Both the position numbers and the translations under genes were made by a program. Of a stretch of 64,000 nucleotides of DNA, positions 42,455 to 51,571 are shown piece by piece (position 1 is the stretch's first letter; each line of letters starts with the position of its first letter). Source of the stretch: Promethearchaeota archaeon (GTDB lineage Archaea; Asgardarchaeota; Lokiarchaeia; Sigyniarchaeales; SOKP01). The DNA is taken from positions 1 through 64,000 of the forward strand of contig JAHPZI010000001.1 in assembly GCA_019058295.1 (NCBI GenBank), given 5' to 3'. The notes beneath the pieces were generated by a model, which saw nothing but the letters and a program-made list of their open reading frames with translations, was not told where the DNA came from and made no database searches.

Positions 42455-43105
42455 ATGAAAACATGTCAAATTGCTACAGTTGGGGAAAATATCGAATGGA
42501 TTTTGAAAGGTTTATTGATATTTAATGCAAATAAGCTTATACTTATTTCCACATCAAATCCAGAATTTTTAAAAAAAATAATTGATATAAAGAATAGATT
42601 AATAGATCCTGAGTTTGAATTTAAACCTTTAGAGATTGAAGAGATTATAATTGAAAGCGAGAACCCATTTGAATTTATAAAAATACTAAAAAAAATAATC
42701 TTGGAAAATGGTAGAAAAGGATTCCAAATTGAAGTGAATTCTACAGCGGGTCTTACTATTTGGCAAACTTTAAGCTATTTTATTGCTATTCAATTAAGAG
42801 AATTTGTAAGAAACTATTTTATTATTAATAAACAAAAGGGTGATGCATTTTCACTACCCTTATTAATTCTAAATAAAACTGAACAGACTTTTTTAGACTT
42901 ATTAGGAGAAAAGACTCTAAATATAGAAGATTTAAAAACAGAATATGAGAATTTTAAAAAAAAGGAAGTATCAGTTGGATTAATTTCAAAATATTTAACA
43001 AAATTAAAAGAAAAGAAATTAATTCAAGAATCTAAAGTTGAGAGATTTAAATTTTTTAGATTAACAGAACTAGGAAGGATTTATAATCTTAATGTAATAA
43101 TATAA
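42455..43105 (+). CDS. CARF-like + winged-HTH transcriptional regulator (Csa3/DUF6293-like)
   Basis: N-terminal IATVG...KLILI and VNSTAG (compare VNLSGG). C-terminal LISKYLTKLKEKKLI...LTELG. Confidence 0.78.
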   Translation: MKTCQIATVGENIEWILKGLLIFNANKLILISTSNPEFLKKIIDIKNRLIDPEFEFKPLEIEEIIIESENPFEFIKILKKIILENGRKGFQIEVNSTAGLTIWQTLSYFIAIQLREFVRNYFIINKQKGDAFSLPLLILNKTEQTFLDLLGEKTLNIEDLKTEYENFKKKEVSVGLISKYLTKLKEKKLIQESKVERFKFFRLTELGRIYNLNVII

Positions 43106-43134
43106 ATGAATATGATTAATATTTTATAAAAAAA

Positions 43135-45045
43135 CTAAGGTTCTAAAGTACAAAGATTTAATAACAGATTGGTATCTTCATTAATTAATTTATTCTCAAT
43201 ACTCTTTATTGTTTCTTCACTTAGATCTATTTTATTTCCTCTTATTATATCTTGTATTTTATTCTTACCTCCATGAGAACAGCTATTTCTAATTGCAACA
43301 AAATTATATGATTTTGCCCCACATTTAAATCTACACTCTAAGAAATTTAAAATTTCTTTAATATGTTTTAGATTTTTTTTTCCAATTAAGACTCTGAATA
43401 ATTTAAATGGTTTGAGATATGTTTCAGGAATATGATGAAACGAATTAATGTTATATATTGACGAAAGGATATAATAAATTTTACCTAATGTAGGTAATAC
43501 TCTAAATTTAATATATCTTTTTAGGTGTTTGAGTGTTTTATTAAATTCCCTGTCAATTTTCCATAAACCATAAGTATTTATATCATCATTAAGCTCATTT
43601 AATATTTTTTCATGGTAGTTAACAAAAAATTTAATACGTAATTCGCATTCAATGGCATCAGAAATTTTATTAATACAGGATCGATAATCATTAGGCATTT
43701 TATCTAATGTTTCTTTAAACATAATTAAATGATCTTGCGTTTCTTCATCAAAATTAGTAAAGCATTCGTCATTTAGAGTTTTTAACCATACTCCTCTATA
43801 ATATTCTCTCTCTTTTTTTATTTCTTCTCCTGTTTTTTTTTCTTGTTTTGTAGATTCTAAAGTAGCATTAGCAATATTTTCACTTATATCTGAATTATGT
43901 AGTTTTTTACAAATTTCTACAACATTTTCAGAAGTTTTTTCAACTTCCTTAAGTTTAATTTCAAAAGGTCTATTTTCTAAAATATCATTGATTCTTCTTA
44001 TTGTCTCTGGTAAATCGATGAACTTTTTTTTATAATATTCTTTCATTTTGGGATTTTTAATTGAATTCAGAATTAATTCATAAGCGGTTAAAGAATTTGA
44101 ATAATTACGAAAGGCTTCTGAATATGATTCAGCATCATGGTATAGTTCGCCTAGAGCTTTATAAGTTTCAGCCATTCCATGATAATATTTGATTTTGATG
44201 GCGATTTTTAATGATTCGTCAAAATTTTTATAAGATTTATTAAGTTGATTAATTTTTTGATATATTTGACCAATTAATCTTAAAATTTCAGATTTCATTT
44301 TTAAATTCTCAATTTTATCTTTTATTTTTAGAAGCTCTTCAAGATGTTTATAAGATTCTTCATATTTCTCTTGAAGATATAATGCTCTGATTTTATTTCT
44401 CAAGGCATAAGCCTTATTACTTAAATCTCTATTTTTTATAGATAAATTATAAGCCTTTTCACTATATTCAATTGCTTTCTTAAATATATTTTTCTTTGTT
44501 AAAACTGAAGAAATCATATTATAAATTCCTGAAAATATATAATTTGGTGCTCCAACTTCTTCATATAATTTGAGAGCAGTTTCCAAATAACTTAATGACC
44601 TATCATAATCTCCTAAAACTTCATAATAAACTCCAGTAGAATTCTTAATTTTAGCAATTAAATATTGATCTTTTAATTTTTCAGCTATATCCAATGCACT
44701 CATTAAACATTCATAATACTCATCAAACTCTAATAAATATTGGTGTACATTTGCTAAATGATTTAAATATCGAGGCATCTTATTATATAGCTTTAATTTC
44801 TTAATCATTTTTAGAGCATTAATATATTTTTCCTTTGCTTCTTCATATTTACCCATTCTATGAAGTATTCTTCCTATATTTTTAGTTGATTCAGCTATCA
44901 ATTCAGGATCATTGATTTTAATTGCCAACTGTTCGCATTTTAAAAAGATTTTATATGCATCAGAAATTTCTCCATCAAAATACTTTTTTTCTGCTGTTTT
45001 TGTACACTTATCAAATTCTTTATTTATATCCATTTCAATCAACAA
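43135..45045 (-). CDS. TPR protein with C-terminal HEPN-like (RxxxxH) domain
   Basis: About eight TPRs, then AIECELR, PTLG and IRNSCSHG. Confidence 0.75.
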   Translation of the reverse strand: MLIEMDINKEFDKCTKTAEKKYFDGEISDAYKIFLKCEQLAIKINDPELIAESTKNIGRILHRMGKYEEAKEKYINALKMIKKLKLYNKMPRYLNHLANVHQYLLEFDEYYECLMSALDIAEKLKDQYLIAKIKNSTGVYYEVLGDYDRSLSYLETALKLYEEVGAPNYIFSGIYNMISSVLTKKNIFKKAIEYSEKAYNLSIKNRDLSNKAYALRNKIRALYLQEKYEESYKHLEELLKIKDKIENLKMKSEILRLIGQIYQKINQLNKSYKNFDESLKIAIKIKYYHGMAETYKALGELYHDAESYSEAFRNYSNSLTAYELILNSIKNPKMKEYYKKKFIDLPETIRRINDILENRPFEIKLKEVEKTSENVVEICKKLHNSDISENIANATLESTKQEKKTGEEIKKEREYYRGVWLKTLNDECFTNFDEETQDHLIMFKETLDKMPNDYRSCINKISDAIECELRIKFFVNYHEKILNELNDDINTYGLWKIDREFNKTLKHLKRYIKFRVLPTLGKIYYILSSIYNINSFHHIPETYLKPFKLFRVLIGKKNLKHIKEILNFLECRFKCGAKSYNFVAIRNSCSHGGKNKIQDIIRGNKIDLSEETIKSIENKLINEDTNLLLNLCTLEP

Positions 45046-45336
45046 AAAAGGGATAAATTATTGAATTTTTTTCATTGATAAATTAAAATATACATATTTG
45101 TAATTTAATATTTCGTAGATATATTTAGTTCTACAAAACAAGTGTTCTTTAAGAGCTGAATTTATTTATATATCCATAATTTATCAAAGGTAAATTTTTT
45201 TTAGAATAATTAGATTACGGATTATTACTAATAAATTCTATGATAAGTTTATCTTTTCTATTTAATTTGATGGAATCTTATTTATGAAATAAAGAAATAG
45301 TGCGCAAGATTTTATAAATTAAGAGAAAAAAACATT

Positions 45337-45379
45337 AATTTCGGGACCAAAAAAGCAGAAGAATGGAAGAATGGCTTGA
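45337..45379 (+). repeat. right copy of imperfect 43-bp direct repeat, overlapping the start of the methyltransferase gene
   Basis: aatttcgggaccaaaaaagcagaagaatggaagaatggcttga shares a 19-bp perfect core with 32739..32781. Confidence 0.85.
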
Positions 45380-45905
45380 AACAGAGGGCAAGTTAGTACT
45401 TAGAGAAATTGGAATTAAAGAAGGGATGACAGTATTAGATTTTGGAAGTGGTTCGGGGGTTTATACGATGATAAGTTCAAAAATAGTAGGGATAAAGGGA
45501 GAGGTCTATGCGCTTGATAGTGATAAGGCGTCCTTGAACAAACTAAGCAACGAGCTCGAAGCCTCAAAAATTAAAAATGTAAAGATTATCAAGGGTCCCA
45601 AGCAGATTGCCCTTCCATTTGAGAAGGAATATTTTGACTTTTTTTTATTATATGATGTATTTCATTTATTAGACAAGGATAATCGGGATACTGTGTTAAG
45701 AGAGGCATATCGAGTGTTGAAAAGAGAGGGGATATTATCGTATCACGCAACGCATATAGGCAGCTATGATACGAATTTAGAAGACGTGCAACAGCAAATT
45801 AAACTGCACGGATTTCGATTAAAGGAAGAGTTTCGGAGACCTATGTTTCATTGGAGATGGATTGCGGAGGGCTTAGTCTTTAATTATGGAAAACAAATAG
45901 GTTAA
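45363..45905 (+). CDS. class I SAM-dependent methyltransferase
   Basis: VLDFGSGSG, LPF...FD, EAYRVLKREG. Confidence 0.88.
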   Translation: MEEWLETEGKLVLREIGIKEGMTVLDFGSGSGVYTMISSKIVGIKGEVYALDSDKASLNKLSNELEASKIKNVKIIKGPKQIALPFEKEYFDFFLLYDVFHLLDKDNRDTVLREAYRVLKREGILSYHATHIGSYDTNLEDVQQQIKLHGFRLKEEFRRPMFHWRWIAEGLVFNYGKQIG

Positions 45906-46357
45906 AATTTACCTTTTATCCAGCCGATCTTTTCAGTATCTCGATTGTCGATTGAGGGAATAAAGGGTTTTATATCTAATACAGGAGTTCCCTCGACAAA
46001 GTCCAAATTTTTCACATATAATTTGTTATCTTCAATTTTCAGTAATTTTAGGACAGATAAACCTATTGGATTGGGGCGTCTCGGGGATCTAATAGCGAAT
46101 ACTCCGTAGAGATCAGAATCCCAATGAGTAGGGGATTGGAGTGGTACGGGTTGTTTTACAAGATGTAGATAGACGATGCATAGGATGTATTCAAATCCCT
46201 CTAAATCTTTTAAGCCGTCTTTATATTCGGGGAAGAGTTCAATAATTCCCTCGACCTTTGAGAATTTGGGCTGAACAGGGACTTTAACGTATTTTTTTAG
46301 AGAGGAATGAATAACTCCAATTGGTTTCAGCTCAATTTTTGAAATAGATGGGTTCAT
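45902..46357 (-). CDS. tsaA: tRNA m6t6A37 methyltransferase TrmO/TsaA family
   Basis: KPIGVIHS, GVFAIRSPRRPNPIGLS, GTPVLDIKP. Confidence 0.9.
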   Translation of the reverse strand: MNPSISKIELKPIGVIHSSLKKYVKVPVQPKFSKVEGIIELFPEYKDGLKDLEGFEYILCIVYLHLVKQPVPLQSPTHWDSDLYGVFAIRSPRRPNPIGLSVLKLLKIEDNKLYVKNLDFVEGTPVLDIKPFIPSIDNRDTEKIGWIKGKF

Positions 46358-46404
46358 GTTTCACTCACAGTATTAATAATTTCTTTTTTTAGTAAATATA
46401 CAAA

Positions 46405-46596
46405 TTAAGCTCTAACCATTTTAGAGCCACATTTTGGGCATGTTTGATTATAACAAGGAACTCCTCTCTGATGGGACACTCTATATCCACAATTAGGGCA
46501 TACACAATCTCCTCCAAGTCCTGCGGCGTATGGTCCGCCCATCCTTCCTTTACCACCACTTCTGCCACTCCCTCTGCCATCACCTCTTCCGCTCAT
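46405..46596 (-). CDS. small Gly-rich protein with double CxxC (zinc-ribbon-like)
   Basis: GRG repeats, CVCPNCG...RGVPC...CPKCG, and upstream GGAGGT RBS. Confidence 0.8.
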   Translation of the reverse strand: MSGRGDGRGSGRSGGKGRMGGPYAAGLGGDCVCPNCGYRVSHQRGVPCYNQTCPKCGSKMVRA

Positions 46597-46678
46597 AGAT
46601 CAACCTCCATTCGATTATTTAAAATTTAATTTTATCTTGAGATTTGAGTAATTTCAAAAATAAAAGTGCTCAAGAATT

Positions 46679-47347
46679 TTAAGAAAGCTTCCATGCACCA
46701 TATGTTAAGACAGAAAAGCTAACTAATATAGAAAATCTGCCGATTTTTTGTCCTATTGTAAGTAATGCACGAATACCTAAAGTCAGTGAGGCAAGTGCCA
46801 TCATCAAGAATATAAAGAAAAGCACTGTAAAGAGCATAAAAAGATATGTTACCCCCTTAGAAAACTTCTCACTCCGATATAGTATAATACTATAGAAAAA
46901 CATTGTAGAAAAGATCGCAATATAGGCTACTAAAGCAAATATCATATGGGGGATATAAAGAATGTCTGCAGGTGTAGCGACTGCTCCAATAAAACCAATA
47001 GACGAAATAGCGCCAAAACAACCCCCAAATTTTGCTAGCTTCCTTTCAAGCGAATCGTCGTCAAATAAGCGTGGAACCACTAAATAAAAAGGTATCATTG
47101 CTAACCCAAAGGTACAATAGGCAATAGAAAAAAACACCATAGAGATTAGATTAAGTTCTCCATTATGTGCGTATACTCTACCTGAATCGCTAAATGTATT
47201 GAACCAGAAAGTATATCCCGGAGCGTTAGGATTATCTTGAGTCCCTCCTGGATAAAATAACATAGCCAAGGTGATAAAAACTACATATATTACAATTCCT
47301 ATAATCTCAATCATATAGGCTTTCTTATTTGAAATTTTTAATTCCAT
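46679..47347 (-). CDS. multi-pass membrane protein (DUF998-like)
   Basis: YPGG...YTFWFNTFSDSG and about six hydrophobic segments. Confidence 0.7.
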   Translation of the reverse strand: MELKISNKKAYMIEIIGIVIYVVFITLAMLFYPGGTQDNPNAPGYTFWFNTFSDSGRVYAHNGELNLISMVFFSIAYCTFGLAMIPFYLVVPRLFDDDSLERKLAKFGGCFGAISSIGFIGAVATPADILYIPHMIFALVAYIAIFSTMFFYSIILYRSEKFSKGVTYLFMLFTVLFFIFLMMALASLTLGIRALLTIGQKIGRFSILVSFSVLTYGAWKLS

Positions 47348-47668
47348 AATTTAAAATAAACTCTTGGAACGATTTAAGTATTTTTAATATTTTCTTTAAA
47401 GTAGTAATTTAATCGTTTAAAAAATTGATTATAAATTTATCATAATAAAATGAAAATATAATTAATTTTTAGGGTCACATTTTAATTTTATGATATCGTT
47501 CTGTCAAGTAGATAAAATTAAAACGCATATTTACCATGATAGAAAAAACTTTTTGTTTTTAAATGGTAAATTTAAAACCTTAAATTAATATTAATTACGT
47601 AAGATCATATGGAATTTTTAATTGAAAATCTCTTTCAAACGATTCTAAAGTTATCGAGGTAAAAGGAA

Positions 47669-47950
47669 ATAAAGCACTTCAAACTTCAGGTTTTACTGAA
47701 CGTCGATGAGACTTACTGCGCAAAATGCTGTAGAACGAGAAATATTATTGAAAGGATGCTTGAAGAAGTCCCTAGAATAAAGGAAAGAATTGAAGTTATA
47801 TTTGAAGATATTGCGACACAAGGAATTAAAGAGAAATACGGCTCGCTTACTCCTCCTGTCATTATAATGAATGATTCGATATACTTAGAAGGCCATGTTC
47901 CAGTTATAAAGAAATTAAGTAGGGAAATATTAGACCAGCTTAATTCTTAA
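47669..47950 (+). CDS. small thioredoxin-fold redox protein; start extended to ATA at 47669
   Basis: The frame upstream of the track ATG reads IKHFKLQVLLNVDETYCAKCCRTR (CxxC). Later YGSLTPPVIIMND...EGHVP matches the small redox-active disulfide protein pattern. GAGGT RBS lies upstream, with an in-frame TAA at 47660. Confidence 0.75.
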   Translation: MKHFKLQVLLNVDETYCAKCCRTRNIIERMLEEVPRIKERIEVIFEDIATQGIKEKYGSLTPPVIIMNDSIYLEGHVPVIKKLSREILDQLNS

Positions 47951-47981
47951 GAAGAATCTGGCCAACTTACAGTAGTTAAAT

Positions 47982-48536
47982 TTATACTTCCATTGATTGA
48001 TTTGCTGTGGTTATTTTTCTATAATCTATGATGGTGCTTACTAATGATTCAAATACTTCATTGACGTTATATCCTGTTTTCGAGGAGACTTTTAAATATC
48101 CGCTTATATTATTGTTTTCGACAAACTGACGAACGTATTCATCATCAACCATGATAGACTCTATTAAATCATATTTAGATCCCAGAAGAAGAATAGGGAG
48201 TGTGGGATCATCTTTACGGATAAGATTTATCCATTTAGGTAAATTCATAAAACTTTTGAAGATTGTTAAATCAAACATTAAAAATGCACCTGCGGCACCT
48301 TTTACAAAATCATCGAGCATGAATCTGAACCTTTCTTGTCCGCCAAAGTCCCATAATTGTAATGAGCAGACGGGACCCTCTTTTAAAGTAAGGACTTTAT
48401 GAAGAATATCAGTACCGATGGTCATCTTCGCTTCATATAAGAATTCCCCTTCAATATAGCGGTGTAGAATAGTAGTTTTCCCTACACCACCATCACCAGC
48501 AATAATAATTTTAAAGACTAGACTGGGATTAATCAT
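47982..48536 (-). CDS. Rab-like small GTPase (copy 1)
   Basis: GDGGVGKT, MTIG, WDFGGQERF, SKYD, SSK. Confidence 0.93.
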   Translation of the reverse strand: MINPSLVFKIIIAGDGGVGKTTILHRYIEGEFLYEAKMTIGTDILHKVLTLKEGPVCSLQLWDFGGQERFRFMLDDFVKGAAGAFLMFDLTIFKSFMNLPKWINLIRKDDPTLPILLLGSKYDLIESIMVDDEYVRQFVENNNISGYLKVSSKTGYNVNEVFESLVSTIIDYRKITTANQSMEV

Positions 48537-48703
48537 TAAATTTCAATAATTTAATTTGATTTTTAAAATTTCCATTTATACAACATTAGAATTATATGTA
48601 TAAAAATTATGAATAATTTAAATAAGTTTTAGATTTGTTTATTTATTAAAAAAAGCTAAAGTTCTTATTAAAGATCTTATAGCTTCCTTTAGGGAGGAGT
48701 AGT

Positions 48704-49258
48704 TCAAACTTCCATTGATTGATCTGCTGTGATTAAATGTCTATATTCTATGATAGTGTTTACTAAAGATTCAAATACTTCATTGACGTTATATCCCGTT
48801 TTCGAGGAGACTTTCAAATATCCGCTAATATGATTGTTTTCGACAAACTCGAGAACTTCTTCATCATCCACACAGATAGAATCTAATAAATCATATTTAG
48901 AACCTAGAAGAAGAATAGGGAGGGTTGGATCATCCTTACGGACAATTTTTATCCATTTAGGTAAATTAAAAAAACTTACAGGGTTAGTTAAATCAAACAT
49001 TAAAAATGCCCCCGCAGCGCCGTTTACAAAACTATCGAACATGAATCTGAACCTTTCTTGTCCACCAAAGTCCCATAATTGTAATGAGCAGATGGGTCCT
49101 TCTTTTAAGCTAAGGACTTTATGAAAAATATCAGCACCGATGGTCATCTTCGAATCAAATAAGAATGTACCATTAACATAGCGGTGGAGCATAGTAGTTT
49201 TTCCTACACCACCATCCCCACCAATAATAATTTTAAAGATAAGACTAGGATTAATCAT
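48704..49258 (-). CDS. Rab-like small GTPase (copy 2)
   Basis: Same G1-G5 motifs. Close paralog of copy 1. Confidence 0.93.
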   Translation of the reverse strand: MINPSLIFKIIIGGDGGVGKTTMLHRYVNGTFLFDSKMTIGADIFHKVLSLKEGPICSLQLWDFGGQERFRFMFDSFVNGAAGAFLMFDLTNPVSFFNLPKWIKIVRKDDPTLPILLLGSKYDLLDSICVDDEEVLEFVENNHISGYLKVSSKTGYNVNEVFESLVNTIIEYRHLITADQSMEV

Positions 49259-49445
49259 TACATTTCAACAATATAATTTAATTTTTTAAATTTCCATTTA
49301 CACAACATTAGAATTATACTAACAATAATTAGAGTAAACTACATATTTTAAAGTTTCGGTTATATTTTTAAAAAGAGCTAAAGTTCTTATTTGAGCTCCA
49401 ATTCTTATATAAATAGAATTTGATAAATCATGAGGGAATATAAGT

Positions 49446-50288
49446 ATGATTGAAGTATATATAGGTTTTTTAATGATATTTTTAATCGGATGTATGAGTT
49501 TAATTGGTATTGTGATGATTTCGCTAAGAGAAAAAACCTTAGATAAGATATTATTAATTCTTGTTGCATTTGGGACTGGAGCGATTTTGGCAACCGCATT
49601 ATTTAGCCTTATTCCAGAGGCTATACATCATATGGAAGAATTAAGGTCTGAAGGAGTAAATTTCAATGAGAATTTCCTTTATTTATATATTATTTCGGGA
49701 TTTATCATATTCTTTTTTATAGAGCGTTTTATTTATTGGTTTCATGGGCATGGGCACGAGACAGAAGATAAGATGGTATGTTATTCTAATAAAAGTGGTA
49801 TGGCTGATGAACTTATGGAAAAGGGGGGGAAAATTAAAAGTTATGTATATCTAAATCTCTTAGGGGATGGGCTTCATAATTTTTTAGATGGAGTGGTAAT
49901 CATGGTTTCTTTTTTAACCGGTATTGGGTATGGGATAATTGTATCACTTGCAGTATTATTCCATGAATTACCTCAGGAGGTCGGAGATTACGGAATATTA
50001 GTATATGGCGGGTTTACTAAAAAGAGAGCAATTGAATACAACTTTTTAAGCGCAATGGTTGCCATGCTCGGTGGGATAATAGGATTTATTTTATCCGGTC
50101 AAGTGAAGATATTTAACATATTCATCTTAGCGTTTTCAGGGGGAGGCTTTTTATATATTGCCTGTACAGAACTCATGCCGGAATTCACTAAGCAAAAAGA
50201 CTTAAAGAAATCCATAATTCAAGCCCTAATCTTCTTGATCGGTTTAGTACTTATCATCTTATTAGTCATTATATTACCGCATGAGTAA
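49446..50288 (+). CDS. ZIP-family metal transporter
   Basis: HGHGH loop, DGLHNFLDG, HELPQEVGD, multiple TM helices. Confidence 0.93.
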   Translation: MIEVYIGFLMIFLIGCMSLIGIVMISLREKTLDKILLILVAFGTGAILATALFSLIPEAIHHMEELRSEGVNFNENFLYLYIISGFIIFFFIERFIYWFHGHGHETEDKMVCYSNKSGMADELMEKGGKIKSYVYLNLLGDGLHNFLDGVVIMVSFLTGIGYGIIVSLAVLFHELPQEVGDYGILVYGGFTKKRAIEYNFLSAMVAMLGGIIGFILSGQVKIFNIFILAFSGGGFLYIACTELMPEFTKQKDLKKSIIQALIFLIGLVLIILLVIILPHE

Positions 50289-50380
50289 TCTTATCTTTTA
50301 TAAAAATTGAGAACTAAACATAATTATTGTAATTTTTAAATATTTTCGTATCGAAAATAAATTAACAATTAAATAATAAA

Positions 50381-51571
50381 TTGAATGATGAAATTATGGT
50401 AACAAACCAAGGAAAATTTTCGATGTTAAATTTCATTAAGGAGGTGTGTGACGAGATTGGCCCTCGATTTGGCACGACCGAGTTAGAGCTAAAGGCCGGT
50501 TTGAAGATTAAAGGCATCCTGGAAAGCAAGACCGACGAGGTGGTCATGGAGGATTTCGAGTGTCATCCAAGAGCATTTTTAGATTTTACCCGCGTTGCGT
50601 TTGTCGTTGCGCTGATTGGCACAATACTATTTATCTGGTTTCCTCTAATCAGTTTTCTGTTGTATCTTTACGCGTTATCCATATATGCTTTGGAGCAAAT
50701 GTTTCTGAAGGAGTATGTCGATTTTTTCTTTCCAAAAAGGACGGGTTCAAACGTGATTGGCAAGTTAAAGCCTGTAAAAGAGTCGAAGCAAATAGTTATT
50801 GTTAGTGGTCACCACGATAGCGCTTGGGAATTTCCGCTATTCGAGAAGTTCAAATCAAATTTTCGTTATATTGCATTTTCAACGGCTGGCTTAATCTTCT
50901 TAGCGGCAATAATATCGCTGGTAAAGTTCATTTTTGATATCTTAGGCACCACGACGTTAATGATGACATTAATCTTGCTAATTATTCCTATTCTGGCGCT
51001 TATTATGATGGCTTATTTAGCTCTCAAAATTCATTCTAAGAATGTAATTCTTGGCGCAAACGACAATTTATCGGCTGTTGCGGTTGTTTTAGCCCTTGCT
51101 GAGCATTTCTCAACCCGAAAGCTCCAAAATATTGAACTTTGGTGTATTTCATTCTCGTGTGAGGAATGCATGAGAGGCTCGAAGCGATTCGTTAAGAGGC
51201 ATCTGGACGAATTAAAGGATTCTAAGACGATTAATATGGATATGATTGGTGAGGGAACGCTTTCTATTATTTCTTCAGAACCTTATTTCACGGCGAGGCA
51301 TTCTAAGGAATTAGCAAAGGACTTTCAAGAATCCACAAAACGGGCGAATGTCGAAATGCCGATTAAAGTCTTAAAATTTGGGGGAAGTGATGCTGCAAAC
51401 TTTTCAAAAAAGAAGCTCGAGGCCATTTCTATTTTCGGCTTGACTTCACAAGATCATCCGAGTACATGGCATGAAATGGGAGATACCCCTGAAATCATTG
51501 ATGAGAAGCTTCTCGAAAACACGTTAAAAGCAATTATTCAATATTTAGAAGATCTTGACGCTAGAGTATGA
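50381..51571 (+). CDS. M28-family peptidase with membrane segments
   Basis: GHHDS, GANDNLS, CEE..RGS, NMDMIG, WH...D. Confidence 0.88.
   Translation: MNDEIMVTNQGKFSMLNFIKEVCDEIGPRFGTTELELKAGLKIKGILESKTDEVVMEDFECHPRAFLDFTRVAFVVALIGTILFIWFPLISFLLYLYALSIYALEQMFLKEYVDFFFPKRTGSNVIGKLKPVKESKQIVIVSGHHDSAWEFPLFEKFKSNFRYIAFSTAGLIFLAAIISLVKFIFDILGTTTLMMTLILLIIPILALIMMAYLALKIHSKNVILGANDNLSAVAVVLALAEHFSTRKLQNIELWCISFSCEECMRGSKRFVKRHLDELKDSKTINMDMIGEGTLSIISSEPYFTARHSKELAKDFQESTKRANVEMPIKVLKFGGSDAANFSKKKLEAISIFGLTSQDHPSTWHEMGDTPEIIDEKLLENTLKAIIQYLEDLDARV

Noticed and set aside
47700-47712. Possible selenocysteine TGA upstream of the thioredoxin-like ORF
   Set aside because: The TGA is in a different frame. 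The coding frame has an ordinary CAKC motif.
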